From the NCBI GenBank assembly GCA_021604525.1, contig BQJD01000007.1, positions 9,950 to 73,949 on the forward strand: 64,000 nt of DNA. Direction: 5' to 3'. Shown piece by piece: positions 41,453-51,820 of the stretch. Every line of letters begins with the position of its first letter. The stretch's first letter is position 1. This DNA comes from a marine bacterium B5-7. GTDB taxonomy: Bacteria; Pseudomonadota; Gammaproteobacteria; Arenicellales; CAJQKF01. Made by a program: the position numbers and the translations under genes. The notes below the pieces were generated by a model, which did no database searches, was not told the origin of the DNA, and saw only the letters and a list, made by a program, of their open reading frames with translations.

Positions 41453-42445
41453 ATGGACAACATCAAACCTTACCTGAAGAACCTCAAGACCGGCCGGCGT
41501 GTAGTACTGCCGGAAGGCAGCGATCCACGGATTGTAAAAGCCGCCCGGCGACTACTCGACGAGTCCATTGCCAGACCGATCCTGCTCGGCAAAACCGATG
41601 AAATAATCAACGCAGCCAGACGCGAGTCGTGTGCGCTGGACGGCATCGAACTGATCGATCCGGCGGATGCGCCAACTGAAATGATCGAGAACTTCAGTGA
41701 AGCGTATGTAGCCGGCAGGCCGGGCACGCGTGACGGCGTTGCCCGTCGCCTGATGCGCAAGCCCCTGTTCTTTGCCGGCATGCTGGTCAAAAATGGAGGC
41801 GCCGATGCGTTTGTTGCCGGCGTCAGTCACCCGACTGCGCGGGTCATCGAAGCCGGGCTGATGACCATCGGCCTCGCGCCCGGCATCAATACGCCATCGA
41901 GTTACTTCCTGATGCTGGTACCGGGATTTCGAGGCGCGCCACACTCGCCTCTCATATTCGCAGACTGCGCAGTCAACATCGATCCCGATTCAGAACAACT
42001 TGCCGATATCGCCCTCGCCTCGGCATCAAGTGCAGCACATCTTCTCAACGATACCCCGAAAGTCGCGCTGCTGTCGTTTTCAACTCGCGGCAGTGCGCGC
42101 CATGTGCGGGTCGACAAGATAACCGATGCGCTGGATATTATTCGCAGGCGTGCACCAGAGCTGGCGGTGGATGGCGAATTACAGGCTGATAGTGCGCTTA
42201 TCGAGACCGTGGCAAAAGCCAAGGTTCGCGCCGACAGCACGGTCGCCGGTCACGCCAACGTTCTCATATTTCCCGATCTGGATGCCGGCAATATTGCCTA
42301 CAAACTGACCCAGTACCTGGCCGATGCCATTGCCATCGGCCCCTTCCTGCAGGGGTTCTCGCGACCGGTTTCGGATCTGTCCCGTGGAGCCAGTGTCGAC
42401 GATATCATCGCCGCAGCAGCAATCACCCTGGCGAGCGCCGACTAG
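41453..42445 (+). CDS. pta: phosphate acetyltransferase (short PTA_PTB form)
   Basis: 330 aa; VLPEGSDPRIVKAA, LLSFSTRGSA, GPFLQGFSRPVSDLSRGAS. Confidence 0.78.
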   Translation: MDNIKPYLKNLKTGRRVVLPEGSDPRIVKAARRLLDESIARPILLGKTDEIINAARRESCALDGIELIDPADAPTEMIENFSEAYVAGRPGTRDGVARRLMRKPLFFAGMLVKNGGADAFVAGVSHPTARVIEAGLMTIGLAPGINTPSSYFLMLVPGFRGAPHSPLIFADCAVNIDPDSEQLADIALASASSAAHLLNDTPKVALLSFSTRGSARHVRVDKITDALDIIRRRAPELAVDGELQADSALIETVAKAKVRADSTVAGHANVLIFPDLDAGNIAYKLTQYLADAIAIGPFLQGFSRPVSDLSRGASVDDIIAAAAITLASAD

Positions 42446-42475
42446 ATACACGACAGACGCAAGTTATCTTGATAA

Positions 42476-43648
42476 TCAATTTTCGCCTCGCTCCCCGATA
42501 GGCACATAGTCGCGCCGCTGTGGTCCGTTATAGAGTGTTAGCGGACGGATAAGAATATTGTTTTGCATCTGCTCAAGTACCTGCACCGTCCAGCCCGGGA
42601 CGCGACCGATGGCGAAGATCGGTACGAACAGATCTTCAGGGATGCCGTGCAGGTAGTAGACGACGCCCGCATAGAAATCGACATTGACGTTAACCCCATG
42701 TCGCGCATACGGCTTCATTGCCTCCACCAGGGCTTGCAGAATTTCATACCAGTGAGGCTGACCCATGGCACGCGACAGTTTCTCCACGCCGTCGCGCATG
42801 TGACGGGCACGTGGGTCCTCGGCTCGATATACGCGATGGCCAAAACCCATGACCGGTTCGCGATTCCCGCGCTTGGCTTTGACATAGGCAGCAGCGTTTT
42901 CCGGGCTGCCGACTTCCTGCGCCATACGCATGACATTCTCGGCGGCACCGCCATGGGCCGGACCGGACAGCGCGGCTATCGCTGCGGTGATCGCAGCGTG
43001 CAGATTGGCCTCAGTGCCGGCCACCACCCGCGCCGTGAACGAGGATGCGTTGGAGCCGTGTTCGGCATGCAGCACCATGTCCACGTCCATCAACCGCGCG
43101 GTCTCGATATCCGGGGCCTGCCCCGTGATCATGTAAAGAAAGTTGGCCGCATGGCTTAAGCTATCGCTTGGCGGGATGGGATCACGTCCGCTTCGGATAT
43201 GATGATGACTGGCGACAATCAGCGGTACCTGGGATGTCAGGCGAACGCCTTTGTCACGAACCGCCTGGGCGGAATTGTCATTTGCCTGAGGGTCGAACGC
43301 ACCGAGCGCCGAGACCGCGGTACGCAGTACTTCCATGGGATGCGCATCCTTGAGACTGCGAATGATGTCAGTCACCGCATCGGGCAGCATGCGGGCGGCC
43401 TTCAACTCGACGTCGAATGCGCTGAGTTGCGCTTTGGTCGGCAGTTCGCCATGGATCAAAAGGTAAGCGGTTTCCTCAAAGTTTGACTGTGCCGCGAGAT
43501 CATGAATCGAATAACCGCGATATCGTAGCTCTCCGGCGCGGCCGTCGATAAACGTGGTAGCCGAGCGATCAAAGTACACGCCCTTGAGGCCGCGATTGAT
43601 CGAAATTTTTTCGTCACCGGTGGCAATCGAATCAGACATTGGTGTCAC
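42476..43648 (-). CDS. citrate synthase family enzyme (short type, citrate/2-methylcitrate synthase)
   Basis: 390 aa; LRYRGYSIHDLA, AEHGSNASSF, GFGHRVY. No other prp genes are adjacent. Confidence 0.85.
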   Translation of the reverse strand: MTPMSDSIATGDEKISINRGLKGVYFDRSATTFIDGRAGELRYRGYSIHDLAAQSNFEETAYLLIHGELPTKAQLSAFDVELKAARMLPDAVTDIIRSLKDAHPMEVLRTAVSALGAFDPQANDNSAQAVRDKGVRLTSQVPLIVASHHHIRSGRDPIPPSDSLSHAANFLYMITGQAPDIETARLMDVDMVLHAEHGSNASSFTARVVAGTEANLHAAITAAIAALSGPAHGGAAENVMRMAQEVGSPENAAAYVKAKRGNREPVMGFGHRVYRAEDPRARHMRDGVEKLSRAMGQPHWYEILQALVEAMKPYARHGVNVNVDFYAGVVYYLHGIPEDLFVPIFAIGRVPGWTVQVLEQMQNNILIRPLTLYNGPQRRDYVPIGERGEN

Positions 43649-43924
43649 TCCTCAAAATCTCTTGAATCCACTTTACTGGAACAGGTCGTTCAACAAGTCG
43701 CCGATGCGCAAAGTTCGCACACCCAACCGACATTCGCAAAACCTTAAACATGCCGGATCAAGTTACTTGCGTAACAGGGCCAAAGCACGTCGCTACATGG
43801 GTTCAACATTAAACCATCGGGGTTTCGGTGACCATCATGGGGCGCTGTCAGACACTGACGTTCGACCCGATCTGGATGTACACTGCACTTAAAGCTTTAA
43901 ATCCAGCCCAATATAGGTGAGTTG

Positions 43925-45973
43925 ATGAGTTCGATGAGCGAAACCCTGGCGAGCGTCTGTCCGCTTGACTGCCCCGATACGTGCAGCCTCTCGGTAACCG
44001 TTGATGACGGCCGCATTACCCGCGTTCGCGGCTCACATGCCAATCCGTATACCGCCGGCGTTATTTGCGAAAAAGTTGCCAAGTATTATCCCGATTTCGT
44101 CCACGGACCCAAACGGCTCGATCGAGTGCTGATTCGCAATGGCGAACGCGGCACCGGAAATTATCGACAGGCCACCTTTGCCGATGCGCTCGACATTATC
44201 CATGAACGCGTCAGCGATGTGGTCGCGCGTCATGGCGGCCAAAGCGTTATGCCACTCAATTATGCCGGCCCTCACGGCAAGCTTGCCAACGGTTCGATGG
44301 ACCTGCGCTTTTTCAATCGCCTCGGTGCCACCCGGCTGGATCGCGGACCGCTTTGTGGTGCGGTACGCGGTGCTGCCTATACCAGTCTTTTCGGTGTCGT
44401 TCCCGGCATGCCGCCGGAACAGGCTGAAGAAGCCGAGTTGATTGCCATCTGGGGCAACAATGTCACTGTATCCAATCTGCACTTCGCACGGGTTGTGCAA
44501 CGTGCACGCAAGCGCGGCGCAAAAGTCGCCGTCATCGATCCGCGCCGGATTCGCATTGCCGAACAGGCCGACCTGCACGTGCAGATTCGTCCAGGGACCG
44601 ATGTAGTGCTGGCCATGGCACTGGCCGCCGAGATGGAACGGCGCGAGCGCATCGATCATGATTTTATAAAACACAAGGTCAGCGGTTTTGATCCATACAT
44701 GGCTGCTGCACGACAATACAGTCTTGATGATGCCGCGCGTATTTGCGGCGTCGACAGATCCTCGATCAACGCCCTCGCCGATCTGTACGAAAATAACCGA
44801 AGCATCGCCCTGTCTATCGGCAATGGCATGGAGCGCAGTCGTAACGGCGGTTCGAGCCTGCGCGCCATCATCTCGCTGTCGGTACTGTGCGGCGCACTGG
44901 ATAAACCAGGTGCCGGTGTCATGGCCAAGCACAGCGCGAACTTCCCGTTTAACGATGACCGCCTGAGTCGCTCCGATCTTGGCAAGAAACCAACGCGAAT
45001 AATCAATATCGTCGATAGCGCCAAGCACCTGCTCGAGGATGACCTGGACCCACCGATTCGCGCGGTGTTCATCTATAACCACAATCCGGTTTGCACCCAT
45101 CCGGATCAGAATCGCATGCGTCAGGCCTTGTCACGGGAGGAAATATTTATTGTCGGCATCGATATCGCCATGACCGATAGCATGCACTATGCCGACGTCA
45201 TCCTGCCGGCTGCCAGCCACTTCGAGTTTGCAGATGTTTATGGCGCCTATGGTCAGACCTGGCTGCAACGCGCCGATGCGGTGATTCCAACCGTTGGCGA
45301 GGCACTGCCCAATACCGAAATTTTCCGCCAATTGGCACAACGTTTCGGTTTTGATGATGATGCATTTAACGATGACGACAACGCGCTGATTCGCGCCGCT
45401 GTTGATGCAGGCGACCCGCGTCTGAATGGCCTCAGCGGCGATCAGCTTCCTCTTGATCGAGCCATCGAGATGTCCGGCAGCGACGGTATCGAACCGGCAC
45501 CCGCGACGCGGGTTACACCGGCCACCCCGTCAGGGCGAATTGAACTCTTCAGCGCCGATTTAGAGGAGCGTTTCGGCTGCGGCATTCCACTATTCACGCC
45601 GATTGAAAACACCGCACCGCTGAATCTCATCTCGCCGTCATCAAACAGACGAACCAATTCAACCTTTGGCGGCCATACCGACAGTCAACAGGCCGAGATC
45701 CTTGAGATTAACCCCCGAGATGCGGCAAGCCGCAACATTGATGACGGTGACCGACTACTGGTTTTTAACAACCTCGGCCGCGTCGAACTCATCGCCCGCA
45801 TCAGTGACCGGGTTGCACCGGGTGTGATCTACAGCCCGAAAGGCACCTGGCTTGCCACGAGCGCCACCGGACAGACCGTCAACGCGCTGATTAGCGCATC
45901 GGCCCGCGCCGATATCATGGGCGGGGCCTGCTTCAACGACACCTTTGTCGAAGTTGAGCGGATTAATAACTAA
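43925..45973 (+). CDS. cytoplasmic molybdopterin-dependent oxidoreductase (MopB superfamily)
   Basis: The N-terminal Fe-S motif CPLDCPDTC(SL) has the CxxCxxxC spacing and there is no Tat signal. Large MopB core; the C-terminal barrel has GRVELIARISDRVAPGV. Confidence 0.8.
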   Translation: MSSMSETLASVCPLDCPDTCSLSVTVDDGRITRVRGSHANPYTAGVICEKVAKYYPDFVHGPKRLDRVLIRNGERGTGNYRQATFADALDIIHERVSDVVARHGGQSVMPLNYAGPHGKLANGSMDLRFFNRLGATRLDRGPLCGAVRGAAYTSLFGVVPGMPPEQAEEAELIAIWGNNVTVSNLHFARVVQRARKRGAKVAVIDPRRIRIAEQADLHVQIRPGTDVVLAMALAAEMERRERIDHDFIKHKVSGFDPYMAAARQYSLDDAARICGVDRSSINALADLYENNRSIALSIGNGMERSRNGGSSLRAIISLSVLCGALDKPGAGVMAKHSANFPFNDDRLSRSDLGKKPTRIINIVDSAKHLLEDDLDPPIRAVFIYNHNPVCTHPDQNRMRQALSREEIFIVGIDIAMTDSMHYADVILPAASHFEFADVYGAYGQTWLQRADAVIPTVGEALPNTEIFRQLAQRFGFDDDAFNDDDNALIRAAVDAGDPRLNGLSGDQLPLDRAIEMSGSDGIEPAPATRVTPATPSGRIELFSADLEERFGCGIPLFTPIENTAPLNLISPSSNRRTNSTFGGHTDSQQAEILEINPRDAASRNIDDGDRLLVFNNLGRVELIARISDRVAPGVIYSPKGTWLATSATGQTVNALISASARADIMGGACFNDTFVEVERINN

Positions 45974-45999
45974 GACATCAATTCATCTATTACTCCGAC

Positions 46000-47163
46000 A
46001 TGAATATTGAATGCCAACAGCGCATCGAAGCCTTGCGAGCGCTTTTGTCAGATCATGACTACGATGCCGCGCTGATTACCGATGAAAGCAGCATGGTCTA
46101 CTTCACCGGTGTATCCGGTTATCTCGGCATGGATTTCGGACGACCGACCAGTCTGCTGATTCACACCGACGACGATCCGGTCATCATCACACCGGCCCTC
46201 GAAAGCGAGATGGTCGGCGAGATGACCAACATCGCCGATATCCGCACATTTGAAGATGCCGGCAACAATACATGGCAGACGGTACTGGGTGCGGCTCTGG
46301 ACGATCTCGGTGGTGCCCGCCTTGGAATTGAGGCGAGGCAAATACCGGTTGTGGTGCGTGATTTCCTCGAAGGCTTCGCCTTTACTGGAAATAATCTCGA
46401 TCTTGGCAGTGTCAGCGAAATGATCGGTGGACTTCGCATGATCAAATCATCCCATGAGATAGAGATCATGCGCCAGGCTGGAACAATTGCCGCGGCGATG
46501 ATGCGTGCGGCCGAAGCATCCCTGGCTGCCGGCGCCGCCGAGTACGAATCGGCACTGGCCATCATCAACGAGGGAACGCGGACGGCGGCGAAATACCTGG
46601 ACGATGAAAACGTTGATCGTTTCGTCTCGCCGATGATCCACAATCTGCAGATCATGCAGAGCGGACGCGACACCTCGATGGTGCATCGGCGTGCCGGCGT
46701 CAAACGCTATGAAAGCGGCGACCCGGTCTATTTCTGCTTTTGTCAGATGGCCGAGTTCAGACACTACAAACTGGGATTCGACCGGATGTTCTTCATCGAT
46801 CACATCAGTGACGATGCCGCTCGCGTCCAACAGGCCGCCATCGATGCCCAGCAGGCCGCTATCGCCGCGATTCGACCGGGTATCGTCGCCGAAGATGTCG
46901 CTCTCGCCGCCGACGCCGTTTATGCCCAGCGGGGTTATGCTACCGGCTATCGAACCGGTCGTGCCATCGGCCTTGCCTATCTTGAAGCACCGGAGTTAAA
47001 GGCCGGCGATACCACCGAACTCAAGGTCGGCATGACCTTCGCCGTGGATGGCGGCATCTCGGTTGATGGCGTACTCGGCGGCAGGATCGGTGATTCAGTG
47101 GTGGTGACCGATGAAGGCTTCGAGTATCTGACTGATTATCCGCGTGAGATTCGAGTGGTATAG
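46000..47163 (+). CDS. M24-fold (creatinase/prolidase-like) hydrolase with apparently degenerate metal site
   Basis: 387 aa with a creatinase/prolidase N-domain plus a pita-bread domain. A by-eye alignment to PepP motifs places Cys/Asp/Arg/Val-or-Asp/Gly at the five ligand positions. Confidence 0.7.
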   Translation: MNIECQQRIEALRALLSDHDYDAALITDESSMVYFTGVSGYLGMDFGRPTSLLIHTDDDPVIITPALESEMVGEMTNIADIRTFEDAGNNTWQTVLGAALDDLGGARLGIEARQIPVVVRDFLEGFAFTGNNLDLGSVSEMIGGLRMIKSSHEIEIMRQAGTIAAAMMRAAEASLAAGAAEYESALAIINEGTRTAAKYLDDENVDRFVSPMIHNLQIMQSGRDTSMVHRRAGVKRYESGDPVYFCFCQMAEFRHYKLGFDRMFFIDHISDDAARVQQAAIDAQQAAIAAIRPGIVAEDVALAADAVYAQRGYATGYRTGRAIGLAYLEAPELKAGDTTELKVGMTFAVDGGISVDGVLGGRIGDSVVVTDEGFEYLTDYPREIRVV

Positions 47164-47212
47164 ACCACGCGGTATAAATCGACATGAAGTAAGATTCGCG
47201 AATCTCGGCCAC

Positions 47213-47261
47213 GCAAACAAAAAACTGTTACCGGAAAATTCATCACATTATTTCGGTAACA
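47213..47261 (-). terminator. rho-independent terminator of the glycosylase gene
   Basis: On the minus strand, immediately after the stop: 8-bp stem TGTTACCG / CGGTAACA with a 20-nt loop, followed by GTTTTTTGTTTG. Confidence 0.7.
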
Positions 47262-47263
47262 CG

Positions 47264-47908
47264 TTATTCGGCGGTGACATGCTGCCGACCACGCCGCGAC
47301 AGGTAGGCGTGCCACAGCATTCGCGCCGCAGCCGATCGCCATGGCCGCCAGTTTTCGGCTCGTTCAAGGCATTCGCTATCATCCGGCAGGGAATCAAGAT
47401 TAAAAACCTCGAAAACCGATCGAATCAGTGCCACATCACCAATTGGCCAGATGTCGGCTCGACCCGATGCAAACAGCAGGTATACATCCGCCGACCATGC
47501 ACCGACACCCTTGATGTCGAGAAGCTGCTGGCGGGCTGACGGCTCGTCGCTGCGACCGATTCGGGCAAAACTGATTTCTTTGGTAACCACCCGTTGGGCA
47601 AGCGCCTTGCAGTACGCCGATTTCTGTCTTGTCAGACCACAGGCTGCGAGCTCAGCCGCTGTCATCCTGGCAATACGTTCAGCCGATATTCGACCGGCAT
47701 GTTTCAAGAGACGATCATAAACCGCCCGTGCCGACGCGAGCGAGACCTGTTGTTCAAGGATAATCATGACCATTGTCGCGAAACCACCTGCACGCGCCCA
47801 CAACGGTGGATAGCCGAAGCGCTCAAGCAAATCGGCGAAATGGTTTTCACGCGTCGCCAGTTCATCGCAGGCTTGCTCAAGGGTTAACCGGTTCATTACC
47901 TGGCGCAC
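47264..47908 (-). CDS. DNA-3-methyladenine glycosylase II family (HhH-GPD, AlkA-like)
   Basis: 214 aa; ILEQQVSLASARA, LLDIKGVGAWSADVYLLF, WPIGDVAL. Confidence 0.75.
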   Translation of the reverse strand: MRQVMNRLTLEQACDELATRENHFADLLERFGYPPLWARAGGFATMVMIILEQQVSLASARAVYDRLLKHAGRISAERIARMTAAELAACGLTRQKSAYCKALAQRVVTKEISFARIGRSDEPSARQQLLDIKGVGAWSADVYLLFASGRADIWPIGDVALIRSVFEVFNLDSLPDDSECLERAENWRPWRSAAARMLWHAYLSRRGRQHVTAE

Positions 47909-48065
47909 AAGTCGTTTTATCCGTTTCGAATGAAAGATATGCTAACAATAAGCGAATAATCATCAAATAACCAAGCAGGGCAATTGCTTTTTATGCCCTA
48001 GTCGGTTTACCTTGCAGGCGTCATACTCAGATCATTCAATCACGACTCAAGACAGTTAAGAAACC

Positions 48066-48788
48066 ATGGAGACCGTATCGATCATTGCCGCATCTCTGGG
48101 CGTCGCCTGGGCCAGCGGTATCAATCTGTATGCTGCCGTCGTAATGCTCGGCTTGATGGGCACCACGGGTTCAATCGACTTGCCCCCGGACCTTGAAATC
48201 CTCACCAACCCTATGGTGATCGGTGCCGCGGGTCTGATGTACTGCGTTGAATTTTTTGCCGACAAGATTCCAGGAGTCGATACTGTCTGGGACGCAATAC
48301 ACAGCTTTATCCGCATACCGGCTGGCGCTATGCTGGCCGCCGGCGCCATTAGTCCGCTCGGTCCGGAAGCCGAATTCGCCGGGCTTATTTTAGGCGGTGC
48401 ATTAAGCGCCGGTTCTCATCTCACCAAGGCTGGCAGCCGGGTAATTATCAATACATCACCCGAACCCTTTACCAACTGGGCCGCCAGTTTCGGCGAGGAT
48501 ATCCTCGTAGTCGGCGGATTGTGGACCGCGTTAAATCATCCGATCCTATTTCTCGTTCTCCTTCTCGGCATTGTTGGCTTGATGATCTGGCTGCTGCCAA
48601 AAATCTGGCGTGGTATTCGCGCACTGTTCATCAAGATCAGCCGATTTTTCAGTAATGGCACGCCCCCTGCAAAGCGTGAATCGGCAAGCACGACATCAGG
48701 CTCGCGAGAGCCTCCCGGAGCCCCTGCCACGCAATCGGCCCACACGCCAAACCCCGTGATCCAGCCACATGGGTCGAGCGATAGCTAA
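48066..48788 (+). CDS. DUF4126-like integral membrane protein
   Basis: 240 aa with multiple Gly/Ala-rich TM helices (ASGINLYAAVVMLGL...) and a polar Pro/Ser-rich tail. The family call is from memory only. Confidence 0.5.
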   Translation: METVSIIAASLGVAWASGINLYAAVVMLGLMGTTGSIDLPPDLEILTNPMVIGAAGLMYCVEFFADKIPGVDTVWDAIHSFIRIPAGAMLAAGAISPLGPEAEFAGLILGGALSAGSHLTKAGSRVIINTSPEPFTNWAASFGEDILVVGGLWTALNHPILFLVLLLGIVGLMIWLLPKIWRGIRALFIKISRFFSNGTPPAKRESASTTSGSREPPGAPATQSAHTPNPVIQPHGSSDS

Positions 48789-48818
48789 TCCACTCACCGG
48801 TAACCCGGGCCAATTCTC

Positions 48819-49232
48819 ATGCTGTGGATAAAAGCGTTCCATATCATCTCAGTGGTGACCTGGTTCGCGGGATTGTTTTACCTGCCACGCTTGTTTGTCT
48901 ATCACGCAATGAGCGACGATAAACCAAGTCGCGAGCGATTCAAGATCATGGAGCGCAAACTGTACAACGGTATAGCCACGCCAAGCGCCGTTGTTGCAGT
49001 AGTGCTTGGTCTGTGGCTGTGGCTTGGATACGGATTTAGCGGCACCTGGCTGCATGTCAAGATTACGCTGGTAGTCGTGCTGATCGGCTACCACCTCTGG
49101 TGCGGACGGTTGGTACGGGTATTCAGGGATGACGCCAATACCCGCAGCCACGTGTTCTATCGGTGGTTCAACGAGTTTCCGGTTGTGATTCTTATTGCCG
49201 TCGTCATTCTGGTGGTCGTAAAGCCCGCCTAA
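48819..49232 (+). CDS. hemJ: protoporphyrinogen IX oxidase HemJ
   Basis: 137 aa; MLWIKAFHIISVVTWFAGLFYLPRLFVYH is the typical HemJ N-terminus. Confidence 0.8.
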   Translation: MLWIKAFHIISVVTWFAGLFYLPRLFVYHAMSDDKPSRERFKIMERKLYNGIATPSAVVAVVLGLWLWLGYGFSGTWLHVKITLVVVLIGYHLWCGRLVRVFRDDANTRSHVFYRWFNEFPVVILIAVVILVVVKPA

Positions 49233-49316
49233 CCTGTAGTGCCAAATACGGTCGCCCCTTAGTACCTCTCGAACTCCAAGCTTCCACCAACGCATTATTA
49301 CCATTGAGATGTTCTT

Positions 49317-49784
49317 TTGATGTTTAACGTGGTGCTGTATCAGCCGGAAATTCCCCCCAATACCGGCAATATCATGCGTTTGTGTGCCAATACCGGCTGC
49401 AGCCTGCACCTGATCCGGCCCCTTGGATTTACCCTGGATGACGCCTCGCTCAAGCGTGCCGGGCTTGATTATCGTGACAGTGTCGGCGTCAGCGTTCACG
49501 ACGATCTGGATCACTGTCTTGGTGATGGCGACTGGTCATCGGCATTTACTTTCTCGGCTCATCACCAGATTCATCACGATGCAGTCGAGTATCCATCGAC
49601 GAGCTGGTTGATATTCGGTTCCGAGACGCGTGGATTGCCCGACACGGTGCGCATGCGCACGGCCGACAACCATCGCGTGACAATCCCGATGGTCACAGGC
49701 TCTCGTAGCCTGAACCTGTCCAATGCCGTGGCGGTGGCGGTATTTGAAGCCTGGCGACAACACGGATTCGGATCACGCACATGA
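49317..49784 (+). CDS. trmL: tRNA (cytidine/uridine-2'-O)-methyltransferase TrmL (SpoU family)
   Basis: LYQPEIPPNTGNIMRLCANTG, FGSETRGLP, SLNLSNAVAVAVFEAWRQ. Confidence 0.87.
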   Translation: MMFNVVLYQPEIPPNTGNIMRLCANTGCSLHLIRPLGFTLDDASLKRAGLDYRDSVGVSVHDDLDHCLGDGDWSSAFTFSAHHQIHHDAVEYPSTSWLIFGSETRGLPDTVRMRTADNHRVTIPMVTGSRSLNLSNAVAVAVFEAWRQHGFGSRT

Positions 49785-50668
49785 TGCCTTCCACCGTCAC
49801 TGGCGTACTGCTCGCGTTGGGTGGTTTTATCATCTGGGGCCTGTTTCCGCTCTACTGGAAACTGCTCGTTCATGTCAATGCATTCGAGGTCCTGTCGCAT
49901 CGCGTTCTGTGGTCGGTGCCATTCATCGGCATCGTCATCTTTATCTCGCAACGCGGCACCGAGTTGTTTACCACATTGCGCCAGCCGAAGCGCCTTGGCG
50001 TTCTCACCCTGAGTGCGATGTTGATCTCCTTAAACTGGGGCGTCTACATCTGGGCCATCAGCGTCGACAAGGTGGTCGAAGCCAGCATGGGCTACTACCT
50101 GACCCCGCTTTTAAATGTCGTTATCGGGGTCGCGGTATTCGGTGAACACATGGCACGAATACAGAAAATCGCCGTGGCTATCGCCATAGCCGGCGTACTG
50201 TATTTATTCGTAACCAAAGGTGTTGCGCCGTGGGTGGCCCTGATTCTCGGCATCAGTTTTGCAGCTTATGGCGCGCTGCGTAAACACGCCGTTCAGGACT
50301 CGGTCACGGGTCTGTTCCTTGAAGCTCTGCTCATCTCACCGCTTGCCATCGGCTACGTGGCCTGGCTCGCCTCCAACCATGCATCGGCGTTCCTTGCCGG
50401 GCCAATGTCAACTACCCTGCTGCTGGCCGGTGCCGGTGTAGTGACCGCCACCCCGCTGATGCTGTTCGTCGCTGGCGCCAAACGACTGCATTACGCGACC
50501 GTCGGGTTACTCTTTTATCTGACCCCGTCGATCCAGTTTCTGATCGGCACATTCATCTTTCATGAGCCGCTCGATTCGTCCGATCTGGTGGCATTTGGCT
50601 GCATCTGGCTGGCACTGGTCCTATTCGCCAGCCACGGCACCATTACCTCGCGTGGGCAGCGGGACTGA
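49781..50668 (+). CDS. rarD: RarD (EamA-family) transporter
   Basis: GVLLALGGFIIWGLFPLYWKLL is an N-terminus typical of RarD. 10 TM helices. 4-nt overlap with trmL. Confidence 0.82.
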   Translation: MMPSTVTGVLLALGGFIIWGLFPLYWKLLVHVNAFEVLSHRVLWSVPFIGIVIFISQRGTELFTTLRQPKRLGVLTLSAMLISLNWGVYIWAISVDKVVEASMGYYLTPLLNVVIGVAVFGEHMARIQKIAVAIAIAGVLYLFVTKGVAPWVALILGISFAAYGALRKHAVQDSVTGLFLEALLISPLAIGYVAWLASNHASAFLAGPMSTTLLLAGAGVVTATPLMLFVAGAKRLHYATVGLLFYLTPSIQFLIGTFIFHEPLDSSDLVAFGCIWLALVLFASHGTITSRGQRD

Positions 50669-50774
50669 CAAATGACCCACGGGACACCTGGCTAACCGGT
50701 TAACATGATTCTTACTATTGCATGGTGCTTTATAATTTCGGTGCCTTTGCACATCGTTCAATAGAGAACACGCC

Positions 50775-51389
50775 ATGCTCATCGATCTCAATAAGCTCAC
50801 CCCCCAGCAGGTTTATTTCACCCTGATTCAGACCGTAATACCCCGACCGATCGCCTGGGTGTTATCCGAAAACGAGGGCGGCAGCTATAACCTGGCGCCA
50901 TTTTCCTATTTCAACGCAGTCTGCAGCGATCCGCCCCTCGTCATGATATCCATCGGACGCAAACCCGACGGTGCGTTCAAGGACACCAAGATCAACATCG
51001 AAGAGCGTCCTGATTTCGTGATACATATCGTCGATGAGGACACCCTCGACGATATGAACGCATCCTCCGCAACGTTGCCCTATGGCGCCTCGGAACTGGC
51101 TGAGGTTGGCCTTGAAACCACGGCCATTGACGATTTTCCGCTGCCGCGACTCAAACGTGTCAAGGTGGCATTTGCATGCACCCGCCACCAGGTTCTGCAG
51201 CTCGGCGGATCGCCGCAGAGTATTGTTTTTGGCGAAGTGAAAAAAGTCTTCGTGGAAGATTCCGTGGTCGGCGAAGATGCCAAGGGCCGCGCCAAGATAC
51301 TCGCCGATAAAATTCGTCCGGTAGGCCGAATGGGCGCCAGCGAATACCTGTCTTTCGGCGAGATTATCCGCAAGGCCCGGCCAGCCTGA
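50775..51389 (+). CDS. flavin reductase family protein
   Basis: 204 aa; PRPIAWVLSEN..GSYNLAPFSYFNAVCSDPP. Confidence 0.75.
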   Translation: MLIDLNKLTPQQVYFTLIQTVIPRPIAWVLSENEGGSYNLAPFSYFNAVCSDPPLVMISIGRKPDGAFKDTKINIEERPDFVIHIVDEDTLDDMNASSATLPYGASELAEVGLETTAIDDFPLPRLKRVKVAFACTRHQVLQLGGSPQSIVFGEVKKVFVEDSVVGEDAKGRAKILADKIRPVGRMGASEYLSFGEIIRKARPA

Positions 51390-51417
51390 TCGGACACGGT
51401 CCGCTCAAGACCCACTG

Positions 51418-51777
51418 CTAAAAGAGGATAATCATTATCCACACGAATGCCGCAAGGCACAGGCTGATCAAAACGGCAGCCGAGCCGATATCCTTGGCGA
51501 TACCGGAAAGCTCATGATATTCAGGACCAATTCGGTCTACTGTGTATTCAACTGCTGTATTCAACAACTCCACCAGCAGCACCAGGATCACGCTGACGAC
51601 CAGCAGGACACGCTCCACGGTGTCCGCTGTCAGAAAAAATGCCAGGGGTATGGCGACAACTGCCAGGTAGATTTCCTGACGGACGGCCTGTTCACTTGAA
51701 AATGCGCGGCGTATTCCATTGGCGGAATTAACGGTTGCATTCACAAGGCGCTTGACGCCCGTTGTTGGGTTACGCAT
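51418..51777 (-). CDS. dgkA: diacylglycerol kinase
   Basis: The internal ATG at 51777 gives a 119-aa protein. GIRRAFSSEQAVRQE, ELLNTAVEYTVDRIG, 3 TM helices. Confidence 0.82.
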   Translation of the reverse strand: MRNPTTGVKRLVNATVNSANGIRRAFSSEQAVRQEIYLAVVAIPLAFFLTADTVERVLLVVSVILVLLVELLNTAVEYTVDRIGPEYHELSGIAKDIGSAAVLISLCLAAFVWIMIILF

Positions 51778-51820
51778 CAAAACGAATCTCCATTTGAAAA
51801 AAGCGGTACTGCCGTCAACA

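Noticed and set aside
44033-45100. 355-aa ORF antisense to the molybdopterin oxidoreductase gene
   Set aside because: It is an antisense shadow ORF inside a well-supported CDS with no recognisable motifs.
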